Position numbers and translations under genes: made by a program. A DNA stretch of 64,000 nucleotides from Candidatus Saccharimonadota bacterium (GTDB lineage Bacteria; Patescibacteriota; Saccharimonadia; Saccharimonadales; VXPC01), in contig JAPOWB010000003.1 in the NCBI GenBank assembly GCA_026707815.1, forward strand, positions 3,380 to 67,379, given 5' to 3'. Of this stretch, positions 28,808 through 37,600 are shown piece by piece. The notes under the pieces were generated by a model. That model was not told the DNA's origin and did not search any database. It saw only the letters and a list, made by a program, of their open reading frames with translations. How positions within the stretch are numbered: the first letter of the stretch is position 1; each line of letters starts with the position of its first letter.

Positions 28808-31627
28808 TTAAAAGAGTCGTTTCAAGAATTGACCAGTGTATGACTGCTTAGTTTGGGCAACTTTTTCCGGTGTTCCAGTAATGACAATTTCTCCACCACC
28901 ATCCCCGCCTCGAGGTCCCATATCAATAATCCAATCGGCATTTTTTAGAACATCCAAATTATGCTCAATGATAATCATACTATTGCCAGCATCGACTAAA
29001 GCGTGTAGAACTTCTAATAATTTTTTAATATCATCCATATGCAAACCTGTAGTTGGCTCATCTAAAATATATAGAGTCTTACCAGTGGCTCGCTTGCTTA
29101 GCTCTTTAGCTAATTTAATTCTCTGGGCTTCACCACCACTCAAAGTTGTCGCTGATTGCCCCAAAGTAATATAACCTAAGCCTACTTGATGTAAGGTCGT
29201 CAATTTATTGTAGATACTGGGAATATTAGTAAAAAACTCTAAGGCTACATTAACCGTCATATTCAAGATATCGGCAATGTTTTTGCCTTTGTAATGGACT
29301 TCTAAAACTTCCTTGGTATAACGTTTGCCCTGACAAGCTTGACAGGTAATGAAAATATCAGGTAAAAAATGCATTTCTTTCTTTAAAGCCCCATCACCAG
29401 CACACGTTTCGCAACGACCACCACTAACATTAAAACTAAATCTGCCTGGTGTGTAACCTCGCTGACGAGCTAAGGGGGTTTTAGCAAACAGTTCCCTAAT
29501 AGGCGTATAAAGTCCAACATAAGTAGCTGGATTACTTCGAGGAGTTCGCCCGATGGGGTCTTGATTAATTATGATAACTTTATCTAAATGTTCGGAACCT
29601 GTCAGAGATTGATGTGCTCCAACAGCAATATTAAAAACTTTATTTAGCCGAGCTTTAAGTTCAGAAGCTAAGATACCGTTAATTAGAGTGCTCTTACCAG
29701 AGCCTGACATTCCAGAAATTGCCACTAAAACACCTAGTGGTATTTGAATGTCAATATTTTTTAAGTTATGTTGGTTAGCTCCTTTAATCTCAATATATTT
29801 GCGATTATCAATCGGACGCCGATGATTTGGAAAGCTAATAGATTTCTCCCCTCTTAAATATTGCCCAGTCAGAGATTTGGGATGACTATAAATTTGATCA
29901 GGTGTTCCAGAAGCGACTATCTGACCACCTTGCAAACCAGCTTGAGGTCCAACATCAACCACGAAATCTGCTTGTCTGATGGTGTCTTCATCGTGTTCAA
30001 CAATTAGTAAACTATTGCCAAGATCTCTAAGTTTTTTTAAAGTACTCAACAATCTCTGATGATCAAATTGATGTAAGCCAATCGATGGTTCATCCAAGAT
30101 ATAAAGAACCCCTTGCAAACCTGAACCAATTTGGGTGGCTAATCTAATTCTTTGAGCCTCACCACCACTCAGAGTATTAGCTGCTCTATCTAAAGTTAGA
30201 TAATCTAAACCAACTTCTTCCAAAAAACCAAGTCGAGCTTTAATTTCTCTTAGAATTGATTGACCAATTTTCAGATCTTGAGAACTCAATTTTAATCCAT
30301 TAAAAAATTTTTGAGCTTCAGTCACGGTTAAACCGGTAATTTGGGCAATGGATTTATCAGCAATAGTAACTGCTAGAACAGCTGGATTAAGTCTTTGACC
30401 TTTGCACTGATGACAAGGTTTTTCCACCATATAACGTTCGATCTCGGCTCTCCGATAACTGCTATCCGTTTCCTTATGCAATCTTTCCAATTGAGGAATC
30501 ACACCCTCAAAAGTAGTTGTAAAAACTCGACCAGTAGTTAAGGGGATTTGATATTCTTCATGATCTGTACCATAAAAAACTTTATCTAAATTTTCTTCAG
30601 TTAGATCGCCTGTTGGAACTCTGATGCTAAAATTAAATCTATCGGCCACAGCTGCCAGTTTTTTAAAGGTCCAAGCTTCAGGACGAAAACGGTTATAAGG
30701 TCGAATTGCCCCCTCAGTGATGCTTAAATTGCCATTAGGGATAACCAGTTGAGGATCAACTTCTAATCTTCGACCTAAACCCATGCAGACCGGACAAGCT
30801 CCGAACGGACTGTTAAAACTAAAAGTCCTCGGTTCCATTTCTGGAGGTTCAAAATCAGGAAAATCAGAATTATAATACCTCTGGCTAAAACGATAAGTTT
30901 TATCTTCATCGACATCAACAACCAATATTCGACTATCAGTAACACTTAGCCCAGCCTCGATTGATTGTCCAATTCTTTCAGCAAATTCATCATTATTAAT
31001 AATCCGATCAATGACGATTTCAATATTGTGTTTTTTATTCTTATCCAATTCGGGGAATTCATCTAAATCATAAGTAGTGCCGTTGACTCGAACTCGACTA
31101 TAGCCTTGTTTTTGGTAGATATCGGGTATATGGGCATGTTGACCTTTCTTGGCATCAACAATTGAAGCTAAAATTAAAAAACGATGATCTTTAGGTAAAT
31201 TTAAAACTCCTTTGACAATATCCTCATAAGACATGGTCTGAATGATTTGACCAGATGGATCATGGGCAACGCCAATCCGAGCATACAATAATCTTAAATA
31301 ATCATAGATTTCAGTGACTGTGGCAACGGTGCTACGAGGATTCCTAGAAGCAGTTTTTTGATCAATAGAAATAACTGGACTTAAGCCAGTAATCTGCTCA
31401 ACTTCAGGTTTTTCTTTCATGCCCAAAAACTGGCGGGCATAAGAACTTAAAGACTCCAAATAGCGTCTCTGTCCTTCTGCAAAGATGGTATCAAATGCCA
31501 GTGATGACTTACCTGAACCCGAGACACCAGTGATCACTACTAATTGATGACGGGGGATTTCAAGATTAATATTCTTTAAATTGTGTTCTCTGGCACCTTT
31601 AATAACAATATAATCCGACAGAGGCAT
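28808..31627 (-). CDS. uvrA: excinuclease ABC subunit A
   Basis: Two ABC modules (GVSGSGKSS and GMSGSGKST; two LSGGE signatures) and zinc-finger CxxC pairs. Length is 939 aa. Confidence 0.95.
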   Translation of the reverse strand: MPLSDYIVIKGAREHNLKNINLEIPRHQLVVITGVSGSGKSSLAFDTIFAEGQRRYLESLSSYARQFLGMKEKPEVEQITGLSPVISIDQKTASRNPRSTVATVTEIYDYLRLLYARIGVAHDPSGQIIQTMSYEDIVKGVLNLPKDHRFLILASIVDAKKGQHAHIPDIYQKQGYSRVRVNGTTYDLDEFPELDKNKKHNIEIVIDRIINNDEFAERIGQSIEAGLSVTDSRILVVDVDEDKTYRFSQRYYNSDFPDFEPPEMEPRTFSFNSPFGACPVCMGLGRRLEVDPQLVIPNGNLSITEGAIRPYNRFRPEAWTFKKLAAVADRFNFSIRVPTGDLTEENLDKVFYGTDHEEYQIPLTTGRVFTTTFEGVIPQLERLHKETDSSYRRAEIERYMVEKPCHQCKGQRLNPAVLAVTIADKSIAQITGLTVTEAQKFFNGLKLSSQDLKIGQSILREIKARLGFLEEVGLDYLTLDRAANTLSGGEAQRIRLATQIGSGLQGVLYILDEPSIGLHQFDHQRLLSTLKKLRDLGNSLLIVEHDEDTIRQADFVVDVGPQAGLQGGQIVASGTPDQIYSHPKSLTGQYLRGEKSISFPNHRRPIDNRKYIEIKGANQHNLKNIDIQIPLGVLVAISGMSGSGKSTLINGILASELKARLNKVFNIAVGAHQSLTGSEHLDKVIIINQDPIGRTPRSNPATYVGLYTPIRELFAKTPLARQRGYTPGRFSFNVSGGRCETCAGDGALKKEMHFLPDIFITCQACQGKRYTKEVLEVHYKGKNIADILNMTVNVALEFFTNIPSIYNKLTTLHQVGLGYITLGQSATTLSGGEAQRIKLAKELSKRATGKTLYILDEPTTGLHMDDIKKLLEVLHALVDAGNSMIIIEHNLDVLKNADWIIDMGPRGGDGGGEIVITGTPEKVAQTKQSYTGQFLKRLF

Positions 31628-31795
31628 AACTACTTAATTATAACTGATAATCAATTCGAATGTTGAAATTTTAATTTATTGCTAGCTTATGACGTTTCTG
31701 TTATTTTTTTTAAAAAATTCAAAAGATTATTACGCTGTATTAATAATTTATTCAAGTTTTTTGTCTTCACTCCTCTGCATATTGTGAAAATAATT

Positions 31796-33394
31796 TCAAA
31801 AGAAATAATCTGCTAAATATTGTCTTAGATGGGGATCAACCACATAAATATAAGTCCCTCTCATAGCCCGAGTTAAAAGAACCTTATAAATATTTTTAAT
31901 ATACTGCTCCAATTCTGAAGAGCTGGCTGTCCTCTTGCCATTAAAATCGTGGTAATTATCGGGGTTAATTTTTAAAATTTTAGATATAGGATCATAAATT
32001 AGATCTTGACCAATGATTACCCCAGCATAGTTGAGATCATAGCCTTGGATAGTGTGAATGCAACCAACTTCATTGATAGCATTTTCAGAATTTGGCCAAT
32101 CTAAAACCGAAGAGCTATTCCACTTCAAGGGAATGTTATCAATAATAAAATCATATTCTAGATTAGGATTCTTTTTGGTTAACCATTTCCAGCTGTAGCC
32201 AGCGACTATTCTTGATAACCCAACTCTTTTATCGTGCTCTTTGATAAGCTGAATCATCTCTGCCAAGGAATTAAATAATCTAAATTCATAAGAAGTAAAA
32301 GATCTCTTAATGGGTCGCCTATTATTCAAAATGTCATCAATGTAATTGATATAATTTTTACCAGCTCTAATCCTAATCTGGTCATTCAAATAATATTCAT
32401 CTATATTGAGATTGCTCAAAGCTTGAGGTCTGATATCCCCCGGCTGGATAGATTGCTGTTCATCATAGAGCAGAATTTGACTTCGCGATTGATGCAAAAT
32501 CCAATCTAATTGACTGCCATCATGCCCAAAATTGAATCGCCTATTGATGGTATCAAAGTGAGAATATTGAGATAGATTAACTCGCCTCTTCAAACGATGA
32601 GCTTCGTCAACAATTAAAATATCATAGGTTTTCTTAGCGACATCATAAGGAGAGATTGCCATATCTGGTTTTAAATCAACATCTGATTTAAAAACCATCT
32701 TCAAACTATATCTTAGCTGTTGCATGGGAATAACTAGAGCGATCGTCAATCTTGGATATTTCTGCTTAAATCTTTTGACTAAATAAGTGGCTAAAATAGT
32801 TTTACCAGTACCTGGTTCCCCCGAAATAACACAAGTTTTTGACATCTCGGAATCTTGAGCAAAAGAAGCTAATAAATCATTGGCTATATTTTGTTGAGTT
32901 TCAGTTAAAGCTTTATAGGGCGAATACTTGAAAAGGATATTATTTTCAATATCTTCAATATTTTGATCAACAATTTGATTAGTCTTTAAATTCCGCCAAA
33001 TAACTTTGAAACTTAATCGATAATTTTCAGCTTGATGATAATCCAAATTACTTAAACCATCGTTGCGATTCAGTAATTCATGACCACTACCTGCCAACCA
33101 GCGAATTAAATGGGATTCCAGATCTTTGCAAACAGATTGATTGTAATCAAAATCAGTAATAACATGTAAAATTTTTAAGTCTGATTTTTGTGGATCAGTT
33201 AAATGTTCGCGAGCTCGATTTAAGGCCTTATGAGTTTCTCCAACATAAGCAACTTTATTTTTAGATTGTTGGGGATTGGATAAAAGATAAACAACTGGCC
33301 AATTTAAACCATACCTTTTACCATCATCGGATACATAATCTTTTAATTCTTCCAGTTGACCTTTACCAAAATGAAATTGTTTTATTTGTGCCAT
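31796..33394 (-). CDS. GIY-YIG nuclease domain fused to DUF2075 (Schlafen group-3-type) P-loop helicase-like ATPase
   Basis: The N-terminus VVYLL...AYVGET...R..EH...LLNRN fits GIY-YIG. Walker A ISGEPGTGKT and Walker B ILIVDEAHRL fit the ATPase part. The C-terminal IHTIQGYDLNY and VLLTRAMRG are typical of DUF2075. Confidence 0.7.
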   Translation of the reverse strand: MAQIKQFHFGKGQLEELKDYVSDDGKRYGLNWPVVYLLSNPQQSKNKVAYVGETHKALNRAREHLTDPQKSDLKILHVITDFDYNQSVCKDLESHLIRWLAGSGHELLNRNDGLSNLDYHQAENYRLSFKVIWRNLKTNQIVDQNIEDIENNILFKYSPYKALTETQQNIANDLLASFAQDSEMSKTCVISGEPGTGKTILATYLVKRFKQKYPRLTIALVIPMQQLRYSLKMVFKSDVDLKPDMAISPYDVAKKTYDILIVDEAHRLKRRVNLSQYSHFDTINRRFNFGHDGSQLDWILHQSRSQILLYDEQQSIQPGDIRPQALSNLNIDEYYLNDQIRIRAGKNYINYIDDILNNRRPIKRSFTSYEFRLFNSLAEMIQLIKEHDKRVGLSRIVAGYSWKWLTKKNPNLEYDFIIDNIPLKWNSSSVLDWPNSENAINEVGCIHTIQGYDLNYAGVIIGQDLIYDPISKILKINPDNYHDFNGKRTASSSELEQYIKNIYKVLLTRAMRGTYIYVVDPHLRQYLADYFF

Positions 33395-33434
33395 TTATCA
33401 ATGATTAGAATAAATCAAAATATTGAATGAAGAT

Positions 33435-33758
33435 TCACTGGGTAAATTTAGTATATTTTTGAGCATTGCCCTTTGATGAAGAAATAGGATATTTTTTCTC
33501 GTTAATAGCAAGTTTTTGAAGACCAATCTCTTCTAAATCTAGTTTTAAATTGTGACTCAGTAACAGTAAATAAATGTAAATATCGGCAATTTCTTGTTTA
33601 ATTTCTGACAGATTATCAAAGCTATCCTGCCATTGAAAATGCTCCAATAATTCAGCTGATTCTATGACCAAGGATTTAGCTAAATTGCTAGGTTTGTGAA
33701 ATTGTTGCCAATCTCGAGCTTGGCAAAATTTAAGTAGTTGGTCAATAAGTTTTGTCAT
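33435..33758 (-). CDS. MazG-like nucleotide pyrophosphohydrolase (small all-alpha NTP-PPase)
   Basis: RDWQQFHKPSNLAKSLVIESAELLEHFQW and EIADIYIYLL match the EExxE/metal-binding helices of MazG-type NTP-PPases. It lies 40 nt upstream of the DUF2075 gene on the same strand. Confidence 0.7.
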   Translation of the reverse strand: MTKLIDQLLKFCQARDWQQFHKPSNLAKSLVIESAELLEHFQWQDSFDNLSEIKQEIADIYIYLLLLSHNLKLDLEEIGLQKLAINEKKYPISSSKGNAQKYTKFTQ

Positions 33759-33876
33759 ATACCCATAATAATATGTTAATCACTTAAAAATCATTGTATA
33801 AATATAATCAAAGCACAAATATTGACTGAATTTTTTAAATTTTAATGCTTAACTTTAAACGTATTAGATATCTTTT

Positions 33877-34051
33877 AGAGAATCAGAGCAAGAGAGTAAG
33901 TTGCCTTGAAGCATATTCAACACGCTTCAAAGGAAGATTCAACTCTGCCCCCGAAGGTGCAGTAAGTTGACATCACGGTCTCAGGGCTGGTTTTCGGAGG
34001 GATAGCCCACGAAACGGTGTGTCTGACTTATACTCTCTTCTCTGATTCTCT
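33877..34051. ncRNA. unidentified structured RNA-like element (G+C-rich, ORF-free)
   Basis: Closing helix 33877-33901 / 34026-34051 (12+7+5 bp with small bulges). Internal hairpins at 33904-33933 and 33945-33962. Possible H-type pseudoknot (GGGCT 33984-88 / AGCCC 34004-08; GTTTTCG 33990-96 / CGAAAC 34010-15). Strand and identity are unresolved. Confidence 0.5.
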
Positions 34052-34380
34052 GACCCAACTAGATTGAAATTACAATCTGCCTCATCTAAGATCCACTTCT
34101 CTTCTTCTCGCTTCTCTCAAATCGAGGCAAATCGTCTCAACATAATCCCAAGCCTAGTGGACAGATTGGGGATCTACTTAGATCCACTTCACTGCTTTAC
34201 AGTGAAACATTAAACTCTAAATTAACTTATAAAGGATCGTCTTTGGGTATTTAATATTCAACAAAGATAGTTGACGAGAATTGTAACTAATAGATATTTC
34301 AATTGCAAATAATTTTTGTATACTCATCAGAAATATTGTTTAATATATTTAGTTTAAATTTCACATATAAGATCCTCAAT

Positions 34381-34821
34381 ATGTCCTTGTCAGCCAAGTT
34401 GCGTCGCAAATTATCCATTTATGGTTTGAATACTTTGGGAATTTTTTTGCTGCTCTTAATTCCCTTTATTGGACCTCTGCCTGGACCAGGGGGAATCCCT
34501 CTGCTAATCGCTGGACTGAAATTATTATCTGTTCATAATAAATGGGCGCAACAACTTCAAGATTTTATTAAGAAGAAAGGTCTTGGTCTTAGTGATTTAT
34601 TATTCCCTCAGTCATCTAATGCCCAAATTATTTGGGATTTAGGTATTTTATGGGGCTGGGTTTTATCGATCTCTATTTTAGTCATATACAGTCCAGGTGG
34701 AATTTGGATGTTGCTGATCAGCACTCTGATGACTACTTTAGGGGTTTGCTGGTTAAGGAATCACTATCGTTGGCAACGCTTCTTGATTTATCTAAAAATC
34801 AATAAAAAAATTCATAAATAA
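34381..34821 (+). CDS. PGPGW-motif small membrane protein
   Basis: LLLIPFIGPLPGPGGIPLLIAGLKLLS matches the PGPGW transmembrane family. I prefer the ATG at 34381 over the TTG at 34303. Confidence 0.6.
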   Translation: MSLSAKLRRKLSIYGLNTLGIFLLLLIPFIGPLPGPGGIPLLIAGLKLLSVHNKWAQQLQDFIKKKGLGLSDLLFPQSSNAQIIWDLGILWGWVLSISILVIYSPGGIWMLLISTLMTTLGVCWLRNHYRWQRFLIYLKINKKIHK

Positions 34822-34836
34822 AAAATAGAATAATCT

Positions 34837-36246
34837 TTAGGACGATTGAGGTAAAATGCTATCAATGTAAAACTGTAGCTCTTCAAGCAAATTAATCTTT
34901 TCAGAATCATTGGCATATTGTCTTAAAGATTTTTGAAGCTGATTTTTAAAATGCTTGAGATTTTTTTTCAAACTCTGAGCTTTGTATTTCTCCCAAGCTA
35001 ATAATTGATTCTGTTGTAAAGTTTTTGGGAAATTGCGAGCCTGATACAAAAATAGCAATTGCCTGAAACGATTATCATCAAAACTAATTTCTAAGTTAGT
35101 TAACTGATCTGCCGTAGCTTGGCGGACTTCTTGACATTTATTAATGTCTGATTGAGATAAATCAGATTCAGCCAAAGTAACTTCCACATTATCTGACTGA
35201 GGGATATCTTGATTAAGTTGAGTATAGGTTTCAGCGATCGTTTTAGCTAACTGATCTTCTTTTAAAGCTCTAAAATTAGCGAAGATGACAGATTTATCTA
35301 ATTTTAACCTCTGAGCTGAATCTTTATCCAAAACTGTCAAGGGTGCTACAGCTGGCAATTGATTAATATTTAAAACAGAAAATGGAGTCGGAGGAGCTTT
35401 TCTTAGTCTAGATTTTTTAATGGCTAGCACTAAATCATAGGCTGACAATTTTTGCCATGGTTTCAAATCATAGCGTAAATCATAAACAATATAACTATCT
35501 AGATGAATTGGATGTTCACACAAAACAGCAGATAAACTAGTTGAAGTTGTTTTGTTGAATCCTAAATTAGTATAGGTACTGTAAAGAAAAGGTTGTTTAT
35601 CTTGATTAATAATCTTTTTAACAAAATCGGCTTGTCTTAAGTTGAGAAAATGTTCAAATAGTTTTGGCTGTTTTTGGCGAATTAATCTAGCCAAATTGAT
35701 AGAGGCTTCAACATCAGAACCAGCTGTGTGTTGATGACTATGCTTTATGTTATTAGCTTCAGATAAAACCCCAAGAGTCAAATTTAGTTTTTGGGTTTCC
35801 GAATCTCTAGACCACTGCAAGCCTTGGGGTCGGATATCAGCAGCTAGCCTTAACAGAGGATATAAATCAAAATTAGCCGAAGCCTCTAAGATGGGTGATG
35901 TAGGAGTAAAGTTCCGCCAATGCAACCATTTCATGAAAGGATTATCAAAAAAGATAGTGTTATAGCCAGCAAAAACTGTCTCTTTTAGATAAACATTCTC
36001 CTCCAACCAATTAAGAAATTGGTACTCTGTTAAACCCTCTAAATTAGCTTGCTGGGGCAAAATTTTATGAGTAGTGATGGCTTGAGGGTTGGGCAGAATA
36101 TCTTCGCTAACTTTGACATAAAATTCCTCCAAATCTGAAATTGGTTCTAGATTAACATCCAATCGTTGACCAGCAAATTGTAATATACGATCCTGAATAG
36201 GATCTAAGCCTGTCGTTTCTAAATCATAAAAATAAAAAGTCATCAA
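34837..36246 (-). CDS. sbcB: exodeoxyribonuclease I
   Basis: DEDDh exonuclease N-terminus FYFYDLETTGL. H-x4-D (HTAGSDV). C-terminal LLFLYQARNFPKTL closely parallels E. coli SbcB LLFNYRARNFPGTL (from memory). Confidence 0.85.
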   Translation of the reverse strand: MMTFYFYDLETTGLDPIQDRILQFAGQRLDVNLEPISDLEEFYVKVSEDILPNPQAITTHKILPQQANLEGLTEYQFLNWLEENVYLKETVFAGYNTIFFDNPFMKWLHWRNFTPTSPILEASANFDLYPLLRLAADIRPQGLQWSRDSETQKLNLTLGVLSEANNIKHSHQHTAGSDVEASINLARLIRQKQPKLFEHFLNLRQADFVKKIINQDKQPFLYSTYTNLGFNKTTSTSLSAVLCEHPIHLDSYIVYDLRYDLKPWQKLSAYDLVLAIKKSRLRKAPPTPFSVLNINQLPAVAPLTVLDKDSAQRLKLDKSVIFANFRALKEDQLAKTIAETYTQLNQDIPQSDNVEVTLAESDLSQSDINKCQEVRQATADQLTNLEISFDDNRFRQLLFLYQARNFPKTLQQNQLLAWEKYKAQSLKKNLKHFKNQLQKSLRQYANDSEKINLLEELQFYIDSILPQSS

Positions 36247-36263
36247 CTTTACAATATATCAAT

Positions 36264-37580
36264 TTATTTAACTTTATCATGTTGATTGTGACTTTCAATA
36301 ATCTCATCAAGATAAAGATCACCAACTTCCTCTATGCCAAAAACTATTCTTTCATCTTTATAATTTTGCCTCAGTAGTTGTTTGGTGATGCCTAGCTTTG
36401 TCATGATATTTCTCAATCGAGATCGAGCGTGATAATTATTAAAATCTGTTTTCAGAGCAAAATTTTCAATTTTTTGTCCAAGCACTTGAAAAGTTTGTTT
36501 ATTCAATCGAGTGATTTCAAATTTATCCTTATCATCAAGTCTAAAAACTACCATATCTTCAGATGTTGATTGAATTGACTGTTGAGCTAGAATTTGTTTT
36601 TGACGATTAATTAAATTCTTTAAATCAGTCAATAAAGGTTCTAAATTTAAATGAGCTAAAGCTGAGATTCGATGCAACTGATGATTGGATCTTAAAATCG
36701 ATTGCAGAGCTTTAGTTTGCTGATTGAGAAATTTTTTATCAACTAACTCAATCTTAGTTAAAGCAACTATTTGGGGTAATTCTAAAAGAGCTGGATTATA
36801 TTTTTCCAGCTCACTAATAATTTGATTATACCCAAGTTTGGGATCATTATTTTGGCAATCAATTAAATGCAGTAAAACTAAATTACGCTCAACATGTTTG
36901 AGAAATTGATGACCCAAACCTTTGCCTTCGGCTGCCCCCTCGATTAAACCCGGTATATCCGCAATCAAACACTGATTAGCAGTCACGCCCAAATATGGCT
37001 CTAAAGTCGTGAAAGGATAGGCTCCGATTTTCGGTCGAGCCTTGGTGACTGATCTTAAAAAAGTGCTTTTGCCACTATTGGGCAAACCAATCAAACCAAC
37101 TTCAGCCAAAAGTTTTAGTTCAACTTGAATTTGACATTTTTGCCCCTTAAGACCTTTCTCTGCCACCAAAGGTATTTGTTGATTGGAGGACTTAAAATGA
37201 GCATTACCAAAACCTCCACTACCACCGATAGCTACAATAACTTCTTGTTGATTTTCGATAAGATCAGCGATGACTCTGTCAGTCTTTAAATCAGTAATCA
37301 AGGTTCCAACTGGAACTTTAATTACCCTATCTTGTCCTGTTTTGCCCTGGCGATTATTACTTCCGCCAGCTTGACCGTTGCCGGCTTTAATTAATTTTTT
37401 GAATCTGAATTGACTTAAGTCATATTCAGTTTGATCAGCTTTAAAAATAACACTGCCTCCTTGTCCACCATTGCCACCATTAGGACCACCCTTGGCAACA
37501 AATTTTTCCCGACGGAAACTAATTAAACCGTCTCCACCTTTACCAGCTTCAATAGTTAAAGTCGCTAAATCAACAAACAT
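36264..37580 (-). CDS. obg: GTPase Obg
   Basis: Obg fold N-terminus FVDLATLTIEAGKGGDGLISFRREKF...GGNGGQGGS. G1 GLPNSGKST, G3 DIPGLIEGA. C-terminal OCT-like domain. Confidence 0.95.
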   Translation of the reverse strand: MFVDLATLTIEAGKGGDGLISFRREKFVAKGGPNGGNGGQGGSVIFKADQTEYDLSQFRFKKLIKAGNGQAGGSNNRQGKTGQDRVIKVPVGTLITDLKTDRVIADLIENQQEVIVAIGGSGGFGNAHFKSSNQQIPLVAEKGLKGQKCQIQVELKLLAEVGLIGLPNSGKSTFLRSVTKARPKIGAYPFTTLEPYLGVTANQCLIADIPGLIEGAAEGKGLGHQFLKHVERNLVLLHLIDCQNNDPKLGYNQIISELEKYNPALLELPQIVALTKIELVDKKFLNQQTKALQSILRSNHQLHRISALAHLNLEPLLTDLKNLINRQKQILAQQSIQSTSEDMVVFRLDDKDKFEITRLNKQTFQVLGQKIENFALKTDFNNYHARSRLRNIMTKLGITKQLLRQNYKDERIVFGIEEVGDLYLDEIIESHNQHDKVK

Positions 37581-37600
37581 TGTTTTTAATAAAAAAATAC

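Noticed and set aside
28836-29174. Other internal or antisense track ORFs: 28836..29174; 21531..21776; 35747..35965; 37471..37656; 37959..38174; 38971..39153; 43508..43853; 46124..46336; 53221..53427; 54058..54267; 56928..57230; 57818..58015; 3506..3808; 4094..4285; 4467..4697; 4938..5183; 6969..7151; 15403..15657; 21084..21269; 23466..24382; 24379..24657; 26781..27227.
   Set aside because: Each lies within or antisense to a longer ORF with clear family motifs. None has independent start signals or recognisable domains.
33877-34051. Assignment of the structured element to 6S RNA, SRP RNA, a TPP riboswitch or another riboswitch.
   Set aside because: The partial resemblances (UCAGG...GGAGGGAUAGCCC versus SRP helix 8; CUGAGA on the minus strand versus the TPP element) lack the rest of each consensus. 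The identity is left open.
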